Notes: generated from the sequence alone by a model not told the origin. A stretch of 64,000 bases of DNA from an uncultured Actinomycetes bacterium (GCA_963745645.1 CAVUYD010000004.1:428010-492009); one strand, 5' to 3'. Shown: positions 50,218 to 60,752, numbered from the stretch's first letter. Program-made: numbers and translations.

Positions 50218-51386
50218 TGGCCGCGCTCTCCGCCGGTCCGCTCACCGTCTCCCGCCGCCGCAGCGCGGGGAGGTCAGCGCGCTCCGCCACCTCGATCTGG
50301 TGCTGCTCGCGTTGCCGTTCGTCATCAGCGGCTTGGGTCTCCTCGATGATCTACTCGTCGACGCGTTCCCGGCTCGAGCGCCAGGGCCTCGACCCGACGT
50401 ACTTCGTGCAGCGGCAGGCGCTCGCGATCGGCCTCGGCGTCATCGCGATGGTGTTGATGATCGTCATCGACTACCGCCGTCTCCGCGACTTGTGGCTGCT
50501 CTGCTACCTCGCGGTGCTGCCGCTCCTCGTCGGCGTGCTGGTCGTCGGCGCGTCGCGCAAGGGCGCACAGGCGTGGTTCAACGTCGGGCCCCTGCAGTTC
50601 CAACCGAGCGAGGTCGCGAAGATCGCGGTGATCATCGCGGTCGCCGGTTACTGCCACCAGCACCGCGGTGACCTCGACGCGTGGCGGCTCGCGGTCGCGG
50701 TGCTGATCGCGGCGCTCCCCATCGGTCTCGTCCTCATGCAGAACGACCTCGGTTCGGCCGCGGTGATCGGCGTGTGCGCGGGTGCGATCCTGCTCGTCGC
50801 CGGCATCCGGGTCCGCCACGCGGTGGTGTTGTTGCTGCTCGCGGTCACCGCGGTCGGCGCGGTCGTGTACTCGGGCACGCTCGACACCTACAAGATCGAC
50901 CGCATCTCGAGCTTCCTCGACCAGTCGACCGACACGCCCGCCTCCGAGCAGACGCAGGCGCAGTACAACCTCGAGCAGGCGAAATCAGCGATCGTGACCG
51001 GCGGGTTCCGAGGCTCCGGGCTGTTCAACGGCACGCTGACGAAGAACGCCTACGTCCCCGAGCAACACACCGACTTCATCTTCACGGTGGTGGGGGAGGA
51101 GCTCGGCTTCGTCGGCGGCGCGCTGGTGATCGCGCTCTACGGGTTACTGATCTGGCGCCTCTGGCGGATCGCGCTGCTGTCCTCCGACTTCTTCGGGACA
51201 CTCGTGACCGTCGGCGTGCTCGCGATGTTCGCGTTCCAGGTGTTCGAGAACATCGGGATGACGCTCGGCATCATGCCGATCACCGGCCTCCCGCTGCCGT
51301 TCATGTCCTACGGCGGGTCTGCCGCGATCGCGAGCTTTGCCGCGATCGGGCTCGCGCTGAACGTGCACATGCGCCGTTTCAGCTAG
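50217..51386 (+). CDS. rodA: Rod shape-determining SEDS protein RodA (FtsW/RodA/SpoVE family); compensated out-of-frame segment at about 50260-50340
   Basis: The 389-aa ORF is continuous. 'QFQPSEVAKIAVII', 'MQNDLGSA', 'TDFIFTVVGEELGFVGG', 'NIGMTLGIMPITGLPLPFMSYGGS'. The expected N-terminal TM 'RHLDLVLLALPFVISGLGLL' is visible only in the frame of ORF 50300..50671. ATG 50217 overlaps the PBP2 stop. Confidence 0.9.
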   Translation: MAALSAGPLTVSRRRSAGRSARSATSIWCCSRCRSSSAAWVSSMIYSSTRSRLERQGLDPTYFVQRQALAIGLGVIAMVLMIVIDYRRLRDLWLLCYLAVLPLLVGVLVVGASRKGAQAWFNVGPLQFQPSEVAKIAVIIAVAGYCHQHRGDLDAWRLAVAVLIAALPIGLVLMQNDLGSAAVIGVCAGAILLVAGIRVRHAVVLLLLAVTAVGAVVYSGTLDTYKIDRISSFLDQSTDTPASEQTQAQYNLEQAKSAIVTGGFRGSGLFNGTLTKNAYVPEQHTDFIFTVVGEELGFVGGALVIALYGLLIWRLWRIALLSSDFFGTLVTVGVLAMFAFQVFENIGMTLGIMPITGLPLPFMSYGGSAAIASFAAIGLALNVHMRRFS

Positions 51387-51453
51387 CACGCGCGGTCAGA
51401 ACGCGCGCCCGGTCACCGCGCCTCGGGGCGCCGATGCTGTAGAACTCTTCGCC

Positions 51454-53268
51454 ATGCGGCTCCGGAACCCCGCGCTCGACGGGCTGCGCGGTGTCGCCGT
51501 GCTCGCCGTCGTCGTGTTCCACGCGGGCGGCACCTGGCTCCCCGGCGGCTGGCTGGGCGTGGACGTGTTCTTCGTCCTCTCCGGGTTCCTGATCACGAGC
51601 CTCGTCATCAACGAGTGGGCGCGCGATCGCCACTGCGACCTGCGCCGCTTCTGGAGCCGCCGGGCCCGGCGCTTGTTGCCGGCCACCGTGGTGCTGCTCG
51701 CCGCGCTCGCGGTGTTCACCGCGGTCGATGACCGGGCACTGAAGTACCGCACCCTGCGCGCCGACACGTTCGCGTCGCTCGCGTCGGTCGTGAACTGGCG
51801 GTTCGCGCACGAAGGCGAGGCCTACTTCGATCGCTTCGCCGCGCCGTCGCTGCTCCGCCACCTGTGGAGCCTGTCGGTCGAGGCGCAGTTCTACGTGTTG
51901 TGGCCGTTGCTGCTCGTCGTGCTCCTGCTCCTGCCGGGTCGCTGGACCGCCCTCGTCGCGACCAGCGCGCTCGCGCTGATGTCGGCACTCGCCATGGCCC
52001 TGCTCGCCTCGGACACCGCGCGCGCGTACTTCGGCACCGACACGCACGCGCACGGGCTGTTGCTCGGCGCCGCGGCCGCGCTGCTCTGCGCGCGCGTCGA
52101 GGTGCGCGGGCGCGCGGTCGCGGCCGGCGGGTGCCTCGGCGCCGCCGCGGTCGTCGTGGGCTTGTGCGCCTTGCAGGGCAACGACCGGCTCGCGTTCCGC
52201 GGCGGCATCTTCGCGGTCGGCGTCGCGACCGTGCTCGTCGTGCTCGCGGTGAGCGCGGCCGACGCGCGCGGGCCGCTCGTCCACGCGTTGTCGAGCCCAC
52301 CACTGCGCGTGCTCGGCCTGCTGTCGTTCGGCATCTATCTGTGGCACTGGCCGTTGCTGCACATCTTCGACACCGAGCCCCTCGTCGTGCCGCTCGGCCT
52401 GACACTGCTCCTCGCAACCGCGTCGTACCTGGCGGTCGAGCGCCCGGTGCTGTCGGGATGGCCGCGTCCGCAGCCGGCGGCGTGGCTCGGAGTCGGCGCC
52501 GTGGGGCTCACGGTCGCACTGGTCGCGGTGCTCGCGGTTCCGGTCGCGCCGCCGCAAGCACATGCCGAAACGGTGTCGGCCGCGCATTCGGCCGAGACCG
52601 CGGCACCGGCGCGGGCCGGGTCATCAGTGCGGCGCGTGGTGGTCGTCGGCGACTCGGTGGCGCTCACCGCGCTACCTGGTCTCGTCGCGCGCCAGCGCAG
52701 CGCCGGGCTCGAGTTCCTCAGCGCCGCGCATCAAGGCTGTCCGCTCGACTACGCGGCGACCGAGCTCGACGGCGGCGGCGATGTGGGCCCGCTCGAGCTC
52801 CCGCCCGAATGTGACTGGCAGGCGAACTGGCCCGGCGTCATCGCGCGGACGCGTCCCGACGCGGTGTTCGCGCTCTGGGGACTCTGGGACGCGCTCGACC
52901 GGAAGGTCGACGGACACTGGCTGCGCACGGGCACCGCGGAGTGGGCGGCGGCGACCGATCAACTGCTCGAACGCGCGGTGCAGCTCCTGACGGCTGACGG
53001 CGCGCGCGTGGTCCTCGGGAGCATGCCGTACATCTGGTTCGTCGACACCTGGCGCACGGACGCGTTCAACGCCGTCGCCCGCGCCGTCGCGACGCGCCAT
53101 CCCGGGGTCGTGAGCATCCTGCCGATGGAGCCGGAGGTCCACCGGCCCGGGGTCGTCCGGTGGGACGGCGTGCACTTCACCGCGGCCGGCGCCGATGCGC
53201 TCGCGGTCGGCTTGGTGCCCGAGCTGGCGGCACGGATCCCGCCGAAGGTCGCGGTGCGGCCGAGCTGA
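51454..53268 (+). CDS. Acyltransferase family 3 membrane protein with C-terminal SGNH-hydrolase-like domain (OafA/YrhL type)
   Basis: The 604-aa ORF is intact. 'LDGLRGVAVLAVVVFHAG...GWLGVDVFFVLSGFLIT', about 10 TM helices. The C-terminal soluble part 'VVVVGDSVALT...WGLWD...RWDGVHFT' matches SGNH blocks I, III and V. Confidence 0.85.
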   Translation: MRLRNPALDGLRGVAVLAVVVFHAGGTWLPGGWLGVDVFFVLSGFLITSLVINEWARDRHCDLRRFWSRRARRLLPATVVLLAALAVFTAVDDRALKYRTLRADTFASLASVVNWRFAHEGEAYFDRFAAPSLLRHLWSLSVEAQFYVLWPLLLVVLLLLPGRWTALVATSALALMSALAMALLASDTARAYFGTDTHAHGLLLGAAAALLCARVEVRGRAVAAGGCLGAAAVVVGLCALQGNDRLAFRGGIFAVGVATVLVVLAVSAADARGPLVHALSSPPLRVLGLLSFGIYLWHWPLLHIFDTEPLVVPLGLTLLLATASYLAVERPVLSGWPRPQPAAWLGVGAVGLTVALVAVLAVPVAPPQAHAETVSAAHSAETAAPARAGSSVRRVVVVGDSVALTALPGLVARQRSAGLEFLSAAHQGCPLDYAATELDGGGDVGPLELPPECDWQANWPGVIARTRPDAVFALWGLWDALDRKVDGHWLRTGTAEWAAATDQLLERAVQLLTADGARVVLGSMPYIWFVDTWRTDAFNAVARAVATRHPGVVSILPMEPEVHRPGVVRWDGVHFTAAGADALAVGLVPELAARIPPKVAVRPS

Positions 53269-53350
53269 GCGCTCGGGCCCGCTCGCCGGCCGAGCACCGT
53301 GAACACGGGAACGCGGGGCACGCGAGGCGGGACGATAGACTGCCGTCCAG

Positions 53351-55314
53351 ATGTCAAGCCTGTGGCCGCGGATCGAACCGCTCCTGGCCCGGGTTGAGAA
53401 GCCCGCTCGCTACATCGGTATGGAGCGGGGCGCCGTCCGGCCCACGTGGGAGCCGGGGCAGGTCGCCTTCCTCCTGATCTATCCCGATACCTACGAAATC
53501 GGGCTCCCCAACCAGGGGTTGCAGATCCTCTACGAGATCCTGAACGAACGCTCCGACGCGCTGGCCGAACGCGCCTACGCGCCGTGGACCGACATGGACG
53601 CGACGCTGCGCCGCACCGGGCTGCCGCTGTTCAGCGTCGACACCCACCGTGCCGCCTCCGAGTTCGACGTGCTCGCGTTCAACCTCTCGGCCGAGCTCGT
53701 CTACACGAACCTGCTCAACTGCGTGGATCTCGCCGGCGTGCCCGTCCGCAACGAGGACCGCACACCCGAGCATCCGCTCGTGATCGCCGGTGGCCACTGC
53801 GCGTACAACCCCGAACCGCTTGCCGAGTACGTCGATGCCTTCGTGATGGGCGACGGCGAAGAGGTCATCAGCGAGGTCGCCGAGGTCGATCGGCGCGTGG
53901 AAGCGCGGCGGCCGGGCGTCACGCGCGATGCCGTGCTGCGCGAGCTCGCGACGATCGAGGGCGTGTACGTGCCCGCGATGTACGACGTCACCTACGACGG
54001 CCAGTCCATCCGTGCGGTGACGCCGCGCTACGACGATGTCCCCGCGCGCGTCGACAAGCGGACCGTCGCCGACCTCGGTGACTGGCCGTATCCGAAGCAG
54101 CAGCTCGTGCCGCTCGTCGAAGTCGTGCACGACCGGCTGAACGTCGAGATCTTCCGCGGGTGCACGCGCGGCTGTCGCTTCTGCCAGGCCGGGATGATCA
54201 CGCCGCCCGGTGCGCGAGCGCCCGGAGGAGCAGGTGCGCACGATGGTGCGCGAAGGCCTGCGCCGCACCGGCTACGACGAAGTCGCGCTCACCTCGCTGT
54301 CGAGCGCCGACTTCTCGGGGATCGACGGCGTGGTCGCCGACCTCGTCGGCGACCAGGAGGGCACCGGCGGTGTCAGCGTGTCGCTGCCGAGCCTGCGCGT
54401 CGACGCGTTCAGCGTCGGCGATCGCGAGCGAGATCCAGAAGGTGCGGCGCACCGGCCTGACGTTTGCGCCCGAGGCCGGGTCGTGGCGACTGCGGCAGGT
54501 GATCAACAAGCTCGTCGTCGAAGATGACCTCTACTCCGCGGTCGACGCGGCGTACTCGCAGGGTTGGCGGCGGGTGAAGCTCTACTTCCTCACCGGGCTG
54601 CCCACCGAGATGGACGAAGACACGCTGGGCATCGCGACGCTCGCCAAGAACGTGATCGACATCGGCCGCAAGTACACCAAGCAGGCGAGTTGCACGGTGT
54701 CGCTCGGGGGCTTCGTGCCGAAGCCGCACACGCCGTTCCAGTGGTTCGGTCAGAACGGTGTCGACGAGCTGCGGCGCAAGATCACGCTGCTGCGCGACGC
54801 GACAAAGGGCACCCGCGCCCAGGTGAAGTGGCACGACCCGGCGGCGACGTTCGCCGAAGGGATCGCGAGCCGCGGCGACCGGCGCATCGGTCGCGTCATC
54901 GAGCGCGTGTGGCGCGCGGGCGGCACCTTCCAGGAGTGGAGCGAGCACTTCGCGCTCGACCGCTGGCTCGACGCGATGCACGCCGAGGGCCTCGACCCCG
55001 ACTGGTACGTCACGCGGCACCGCACGTTCGACGAGGTGCTCCCGTGGGACCACATCACCGCCGGCCTCCACAAGGACTTCTTGTGGCAGGACTGGCAAGC
55101 GGCGCTGGCCGAGCACGGGCTCCCCGATTGCCGGTGGACGCCGTGCTACGACTGCGGGGTGTGCACCGACTACGCGCTCGAGCACGTCGTGGCCTCTCCG
55201 GTGCCGCCCGCGGGTGGCAGCCAGGGCACCGGCCAGGACCTCGTCGCGGCGAGCGCGGGTGCCGGCGACGCGCCCGTTCGTTTCCTGGGTACCCGTCCGA
55301 ACGGAGCGCACTAG
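53351..55314 (+). pseudogene. B12-binding-domain radical SAM protein (TIGR03960-type); 2 frameshifts (about 54205 and 54420)
   Basis: ORF 53351..54460 contains 'ARYIGMERG...FLLIYPDTYEIGLPNQGLQILYEILN' and the cluster motif 'FRGCTRGCRFCQAGMIT'. 'RERPEEQVRTMVREGLRRTGYDEVALTSLSSADFSGI' is in ORF 54210..54527. 'IQKVRRTGLTFAPEAGSWRLRQVINK...KLYFLTGLPTEMDED' to the end is in ORF 54160..55314. Confidence 0.85.
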
Positions 55315-55316
55315 CG

Positions 55317-56081
55317 GTGCGCGGCGACACCGGGTTCCCGGTCCGGCTCAGGTACACGAAGCGGGGGAAGATCCGTTGGATCTCGCATCGCGACGTGGCC
55401 CGGGCGATGGAACGGGCGTTTCGCGTCACGCAACTCCCGCTCGCGTTCACGGAGGGCTTCTCGCCCCGGCCCAAGGTCAGCTTCGGGCTGGCGCTCTCGA
55501 CCGGTCACGAAAGTGACGCCGAATATCTCGACCTCGAGTTCCTCCACGAGGTCGACTGCGACGACCTGCCCCCGGTGTTGAGCGCCGCGCTCCCCGACGG
55601 CATGGCGGTCGTCGCCGCGGCCCCGCTCGTCGAGCGGGCGCCCGCGTTGCAAGAAGCGGTGACCGCCGTGGTTTGGCAGGTCGAGGTGGTCCGCGGCGAC
55701 GGGACGCCGGCCACCCCCGCTGTGCTCGACGCGTACGTCGAGGCGGCACTCGCCGCCCCCGAGCTCCCGACCGAACGGCACAAGAAAGGCCGAGAGGTCG
55801 TCGAGGACGTCCGCCCCGTCATCCGCCGCATCGATGTCGAACCACTCGCAACCGAAGTGGGCGACACCGGCGCGGCACTCGTAATGGAGTTGTCCACGCA
55901 GCCGCGGAGTGCGAAGCCGGGGGAGATCCTCACGGCGATCGCGCAAGTGAACGGCGTCGCCGACGAACTCGTCGAGACGCGCGCGCTGCGTACGCATCAG
56001 TGGATCGAGCGCGACGGCACGCGGTGGGAACCGCAGGATGCCGACACGCGCCCGCGCCCGCCGAAAGCGCGCGCGTCATGA
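55317..56081 (+). CDS. DUF2344 / TIGR03936-type radical-SAM-associated protein
   Basis: This is the in-frame tail of ORF 54564..56081 from GTG 55317, 3 nt after the radical SAM stop. 'VRLRYTKRGKIRWISHRDVARAMERAFRVTQLPLAFTEGFSPRPKVSFGLALSTGHESDAEYLDLEF' is the family signature as I recall it. Confidence 0.8.
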   Translation: MRGDTGFPVRLRYTKRGKIRWISHRDVARAMERAFRVTQLPLAFTEGFSPRPKVSFGLALSTGHESDAEYLDLEFLHEVDCDDLPPVLSAALPDGMAVVAAAPLVERAPALQEAVTAVVWQVEVVRGDGTPATPAVLDAYVEAALAAPELPTERHKKGREVVEDVRPVIRRIDVEPLATEVGDTGAALVMELSTQPRSAKPGEILTAIAQVNGVADELVETRALRTHQWIERDGTRWEPQDADTRPRPPKARAS

Positions 56082-56093
56082 GGGAAGGCAGCA

Positions 56094-58214
56094 ATGGCCG
56101 AGTTCGCACGCCCCGACGAGTCGGGCACGACGACCGAGACATCATCATCCGCATCATCCGCGCCGAGTCCGGGAACGGAGACCGCGTCTGAGCCGAACGT
56201 CCCCGTGGCGCCCAGTGCGCCGGACTCGCGCGCGCCCGGGTCGGGTTCACCCGACGAACCGGGGACCGGCACCGAACCGGCCGGCGCGGCCGAGTCGAAC
56301 GGCACGGGCGATCCGGCGGCGCCGAAGAAGCGCCGGCGCCGGGGCTCGCGCGGGGGCCGCGGCCGGAAGAAGCCGGCGGGCGCGTCCGGAACCGACGCCG
56401 AGGGCGACGGCGACGACATGGATGAGGCGATCGCGGGTGGCGAGGACTGGACCGACGAGGCGGCCGATCGCGGCCTGACAAGTGAAGACCTCGGCGACGA
56501 TGCCCGCGAGGAAGCCGGCCTGCCGGTCCGCGACGGCGCGCCCAAGGTGGGCGACAGCCGTCCCGCAGCCCTCTCGCCGGGCGCGCCGAAGCCGCGGATC
56601 GGCGACAGCCGGCCCGCGCCCGCGGCCACCGGGGCCCCGAGCGGTTCGGGCGAGACGGCCGAGGATGCCGGCGGCGACGGCAGCCCGAAGAAGCGGCGCC
56701 GGCGCCGGGGTGGGCGGGGCCGGAGCAAGACCGGCAGCGGCGCCGAGTCCGGCAACGGGAACGGCCGCGGGGGCGGCAATGCGGAGCCCCGCGCGGCGGC
56801 CGGGCCAAGGGGCCGGCGCCCACGTACGTGGACGCGGGTGTCGCCGTCAGCAACATCGACGTCGACGGCACCGCGATCCTCGAGTCGCTCGACGAGGAGA
56901 CGCTCGAGCGCCGGCGGGGCACGCGCCGCAAGGGTCGGCCCGCGGGCCGCTACCTCATGGTCGTGCACGAGCGCGACGACGGGATGGCGCACATCGGTGT
57001 GCTCGAGGGTCGCACGCTCGTCGAGCACTACGTCGCGCTGCCCACCGACGACACGTCCTCGATCGACGGCAACATCTATCTGGGCCGCGTCCAGAACGTG
57101 CTGCCCGGGATGGAAGCCGCGTTCATCGACATCGGGACGCCCAAGAACGGCGTGCTGTACCGCGGCGACGTCGTTCTCGCCGACGGCGAGACCGACAGCA
57201 AGGAACCGATCCGCATCGAGCGGGTGCTCCGCAACGGCCAGTCGATCATCGTGCAGGTCACGAAGAACCCGATCGGTCACAAGGGTGCGCGACTCACGCA
57301 GGAGGTGAGCCTCGCGGGCCGGTTCGTGGTCATGGTGCCCAACCAGCCCCAGACGTACGGCATCTCGAAGCGCCTCCCCGACGACGAGCGCAAGCGCCTG
57401 CGCCGGATCCTCGACAAGCTGCGCCCCGACGACGCCGGTCTCATCGTGCGCACCGCGGCCGAGGGCGCCACCGACGACGAGCTCGAGCGCGACATGCGCA
57501 GCCTGAACGCGCAGTGGAAGCAGATCTCCGAGATCGCCAAGCGGGGCAAGCCCGGCAGCCTCCTCTACAAGGAACCGCCGCTCGCGATCCGGTTGATCCG
57601 CGAGGAGTTCACCAAGGAGTACCGCGGCGTCGTCATCGACTCGCCGACGTTGTACGAGGAAGTCGAGCGCGTACGTCGACGCGATCGCGCCGGAGCTCGC
57701 CGACCGTATCGAGTACTACGACCCGGTCGCCGAGAACCTGCCGCTGTTCGAGAAGTTCCACGTGCACGAGCAGCTGCACAAGGCGCTCGACCGCAAGGTG
57801 TGGCTGCCGTCGGGTGGGTCGCTCGTCATCGAACGCACCGAAGCGTTGACGGTCATCGACGTCAACACCGGCAAGAACGTCGGAACCTCGAACCTCGAAG
57901 AGACGGTGTACCGCAACAACCTCGAGGCGGCGGAAGCCGTCGCGCGGGAGCTGCGGCTGCGCGACATCGGCGGGATCATCGTGATCGACTTCATCGACAT
58001 GGAGATCAAGTCGAACCGCGAAGCGGTGGAGGAGCAGTTCCGCCAGGCGCTCGCGCGCGACAAGACGCGGACACAGGTGTTCGCGATCTCCGAGCTCGGT
58101 CTGCTCGAGATGACGCGCAAGCGCGTGTCCGAAGGTCTCGTGGAGGCGTTCTCCTCGACGTGCCCGCACTGCAACGGGCGCGGCTTCGTCGTCGACGAGT
58201 CGATGCTCGAGTAG
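56094..58214 (+). pseudogene. rne: Ribonuclease E/G family (actinobacterial RNase E type with disordered Arg-rich N-terminus); 2 frameshifts (about 56810 and 57665)
   Basis: The N-terminal low-complexity region with 'KKRRRRGSRGGRGRKK' and 'KKRRRRRGGRGRSK' is in ORF 56094..57308. S1 and catalytic core: 'GNIYLGRVQNVLPGMEAAFIDIGTPKNGVLY...QVTKNPIGHKGARLT' (ORF 56828..58804). 'LVIERTEALTVIDVNTGKN...GGIIVIDFIDM...CPHCNGRG' (ORF 57762..58214). Confidence 0.9.
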
Positions 58215-58215
58215 C

Positions 58216-58723
58216 TCAGCGGCCGGTGCGGCCGTCGAGCAGCTCGCGCGTGATGTCCATGTGGCCGGCGTGGCGCGCGATCTCTTCGATGAGGTGGGTC
58301 ACGACCCAGCGCAGCGTCGTGGGCCGCACTGTCGACGCGCCCGCGAGGTCGAACGACGACAGCGCGGTCGAGCACCGCGTCGGCCGCCGCGCTCTCGGCG
58401 CGCGCGAACGCGACCACATCGTCGACGGTCCACCCGTCGGGCACGACGAACATGTTCGACCGCCACGTCATGTCCATCTCCTCGCCGGCGAAGAAGACGC
58501 GGAGCCACAGCCGCTCCGCGTGACCGACGTGCACGGCGATCGCGCCGAGCGAGTTCGCACCCGCGATCGGCGTCCACCGCAGCTGCTCGGGATCGAGGCC
58601 GTCGAGCTTGTAGATCACGCTCTCGCGCAGATGGTGCAGCCACGCCCGCGCCATCGTCATCTCGTCGGCGGGCGTGGCTTCGTCCGGCCGGGGAACGTGC
58701 AGCTGCGGCGGTGCTTCGGCCAT
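58216..58723 (-). pseudogene. DinB/DUF664 family protein (paralog 1); frameshift near 58390
   Basis: The N-terminal part 'ARAWLHHLRESVIYKLDGLDPEQLRWTPIAGANSLGAIAVHVGHAERLW' is in ORF 57716..58723. The C-terminal part 'LRWVVTHLIEEIARHAGHMDITRELLDGRTG' is in ORF 58216..58419. Confidence 0.75.
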
Positions 58724-58844
58724 CGCCCGACGCTGCCGCGCGCGAGACGAACGTGCAAGCCGGCGTCATCGTCGTCAGCCGTGGATCGCTGTCGGCACGA
58801 TTGACACGATTGATTCGTGTGGGCGAATTCGTGATGATGACGGC

Positions 58845-59654
58845 ATGCATCGTTGGTGCCTCGACGCGGACAGCAGTGCCGCGCCGTGGCGCGATCACGA
58901 CCCGCCGGGTTCGCTGCTCACCGACAAACAGCTCGCGAGGTTCGACGCCGATGGCTACTGCATCGTCGAGCAGGCGCTCGCGCCGGAAGTGCTGCATTCG
59001 TTGGAACACGAGATCGACCGGCTCGAAGCGGCACGCAACCGGTGGCTGCGTCGGCAGCCGGTGCGACGGTCATGGATCTCGCGAGCCGACGTCGTCGACT
59101 TCGCGCCGAGGCTCGTCACGAAGAGCGCACGGTTGCGGCAGTTCTCCCACGACCGTCTGTTGACGGACATCTGCCGCGACTTGATCGGCCCCGCGGTTCG
59201 TCTCTCCTTCGATCAAGCCGTCTACAAGCGGCCGAGTACGGCGGACGCCGTACTCCCGCTGCACCAGGACAACGGTTACAACTTCAAACGGCCCGAGGCG
59301 TACATCACGATCTGGATTCCGTTGCACGAGGTCGGCCCCGAGAACGGCTGTTTGCGGGTCGTTCCCGGCATCCACCGTCTCGGCACCGTCGAACACCGCG
59401 TCACCGACGATGGGTTCATTGCGTGCGATGTGGATCCTGAGGACGCTGTGGCACTCCCCGTGTGTGCCGGTGACGTCGTCGTGCTCTCGTCGCTCACGCC
59501 GCACTCGACCGCCGGCAACGCTTCGTCGAAGATGCGCAAGGCGTACCTGCTGTCATACGTCGCCGACGGGACGACCCTTCGGGACGGCACGCTCTGCAAC
59601 GCAGACGACGCGCAGTACTCGGTTCTCCGCAACGGGCAACGGCTCGAGGCGTAA
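58845..59654 (+). CDS. Phytanoyl-CoA dioxygenase (PhyH) family Fe(II)/2-oxoglutarate oxygenase
   Basis: This is the in-frame part of ORF 58674..59654 from 'MHRWCLD'. 'LLTDKQLARFDADGYCIVEQAL', facial triad context 'LPLHQDNGY' (HxD) and 'LTPHSTAGN', 'RKAYLLSY'. Confidence 0.8.
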   Translation: MHRWCLDADSSAAPWRDHDPPGSLLTDKQLARFDADGYCIVEQALAPEVLHSLEHEIDRLEAARNRWLRRQPVRRSWISRADVVDFAPRLVTKSARLRQFSHDRLLTDICRDLIGPAVRLSFDQAVYKRPSTADAVLPLHQDNGYNFKRPEAYITIWIPLHEVGPENGCLRVVPGIHRLGTVEHRVTDDGFIACDVDPEDAVALPVCAGDVVVLSSLTPHSTAGNASSKMRKAYLLSYVADGTTLRDGTLCNADDAQYSVLRNGQRLEA

Positions 59655-59692
59655 CGGCACGCGGCGCGTGGATCGCTCTACGATCTCACGCC

Positions 59693-60172
59693 ATGCCCGC
59701 CACATACACCGAGGCCGACGAGCGCAAACTGCTCGGCGGCTTCCTCGACTGGTACCGGGGCATCGCCGAGCACAAGCTCGCCGGCCTGACCCGGACGGAC
59801 GCCACACGGGTGTCGACCCCCACCGGCGTCACGCTGCTCGGCACGATCAAGCATCTCGCGTGGTGCGAGCAGTGTTGGTTCCCGTACCACTTGCTCGGTG
59901 CGGTGCCCGAGCCGGTTGACATCGACGTGTCGTTCTCGATCGGACCGGACGACAGCATCGAGTCCGTGATCGCCGGTTACAACGAGGAGTGTGTGCGCGC
60001 TCGGGCGATCACCGACGAGCAACCGCTGGACACGCTGACCGCGATCGGCCACGACGTCTTCGGCGTTGTCAGCCTGCGGTGGATCCTCGTGCACATGATC
60101 GAGGAAACCGCGCGGCACTGCGGCCACCTCGACATCCTGCGCGAGCTCACCGACGGTCGCACCGGGAACTGA
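59693..60172 (+). CDS. DinB/DUF664 family protein (paralog 2)
   Basis: The 159-aa ORF is intact. 'LLGGFLDWYRGIAEHKLAGL...TLLGTIKHLAWCEQCWF...LRWILVHMIEETARHCGHLDILRELTDGRTG'. Confidence 0.8.
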   Translation: MPATYTEADERKLLGGFLDWYRGIAEHKLAGLTRTDATRVSTPTGVTLLGTIKHLAWCEQCWFPYHLLGAVPEPVDIDVSFSIGPDDSIESVIAGYNEECVRARAITDEQPLDTLTAIGHDVFGVVSLRWILVHMIEETARHCGHLDILRELTDGRTGN

Positions 60173-60177
60173 ACCGC

Positions 60178-60736
60178 ATGACCATCGATGACCCGGGCTT
60201 CACGCTGCCGACCGGCAACGAGCGCGAGTTGCTGCTCAGCTACCTGCGGGCGCAACGCGGTGACGTCGTCCGAACCGCCGACGGCTTGACCGAGGCGCAG
60301 CTCCGGTGGACGCCCGACGGCCGCCTCCTGCCGATCATCGGTGTCATCAACCACCTGACGCACGTCGAGTGGCGGTGGATCAACGGCCGCTATCTCGGCG
60401 AGCCGTTCCCGCCGCGCGACGAGGAGTTCGTGCTCGGCCCGGAGGTCACCGGTGCCGAGATCGTCGCCGCCTACGCCGATCGCGCGGGCCACACCGAAGC
60501 GATGGTCCGCGCCCGCGGAGAACCTCGAAGTGTCGTGCCTCGGCTGCGAAGGCGACGGTCCGCCCGCGCACGAGTTGCTCGGGCTGCCGCAGCCGATCGA
60601 TCTGCGCTGGACGGTGCTGCACCTGATCGAGGAGACGGCGCACCACGCCGGTCACGCCGACGCCACGCGCGAGATGCTGGACGGCACCCGCGCCGACGAG
60701 CTCCTCCGCCGCGTCCGCCGCCGCACCCGGACCTGA
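60178..60736 (+). pseudogene. DinB/DUF664 family protein (paralog 3); frameshift near 60510
   Basis: 'ERELLLSYLRAQRGDVVRTADGLTEAQLRWTPDGRLLPIIGVINHLTHVEWRW' is in the frame of ORF 59989..60780 from ATG 60178. 'LRWTVLHLIEETAHHAGHADATREMLDGT' is in ORF 60452..60736. Confidence 0.75.
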
Positions 60737-60752
60737 CGCTCGGCTCGTCTGT

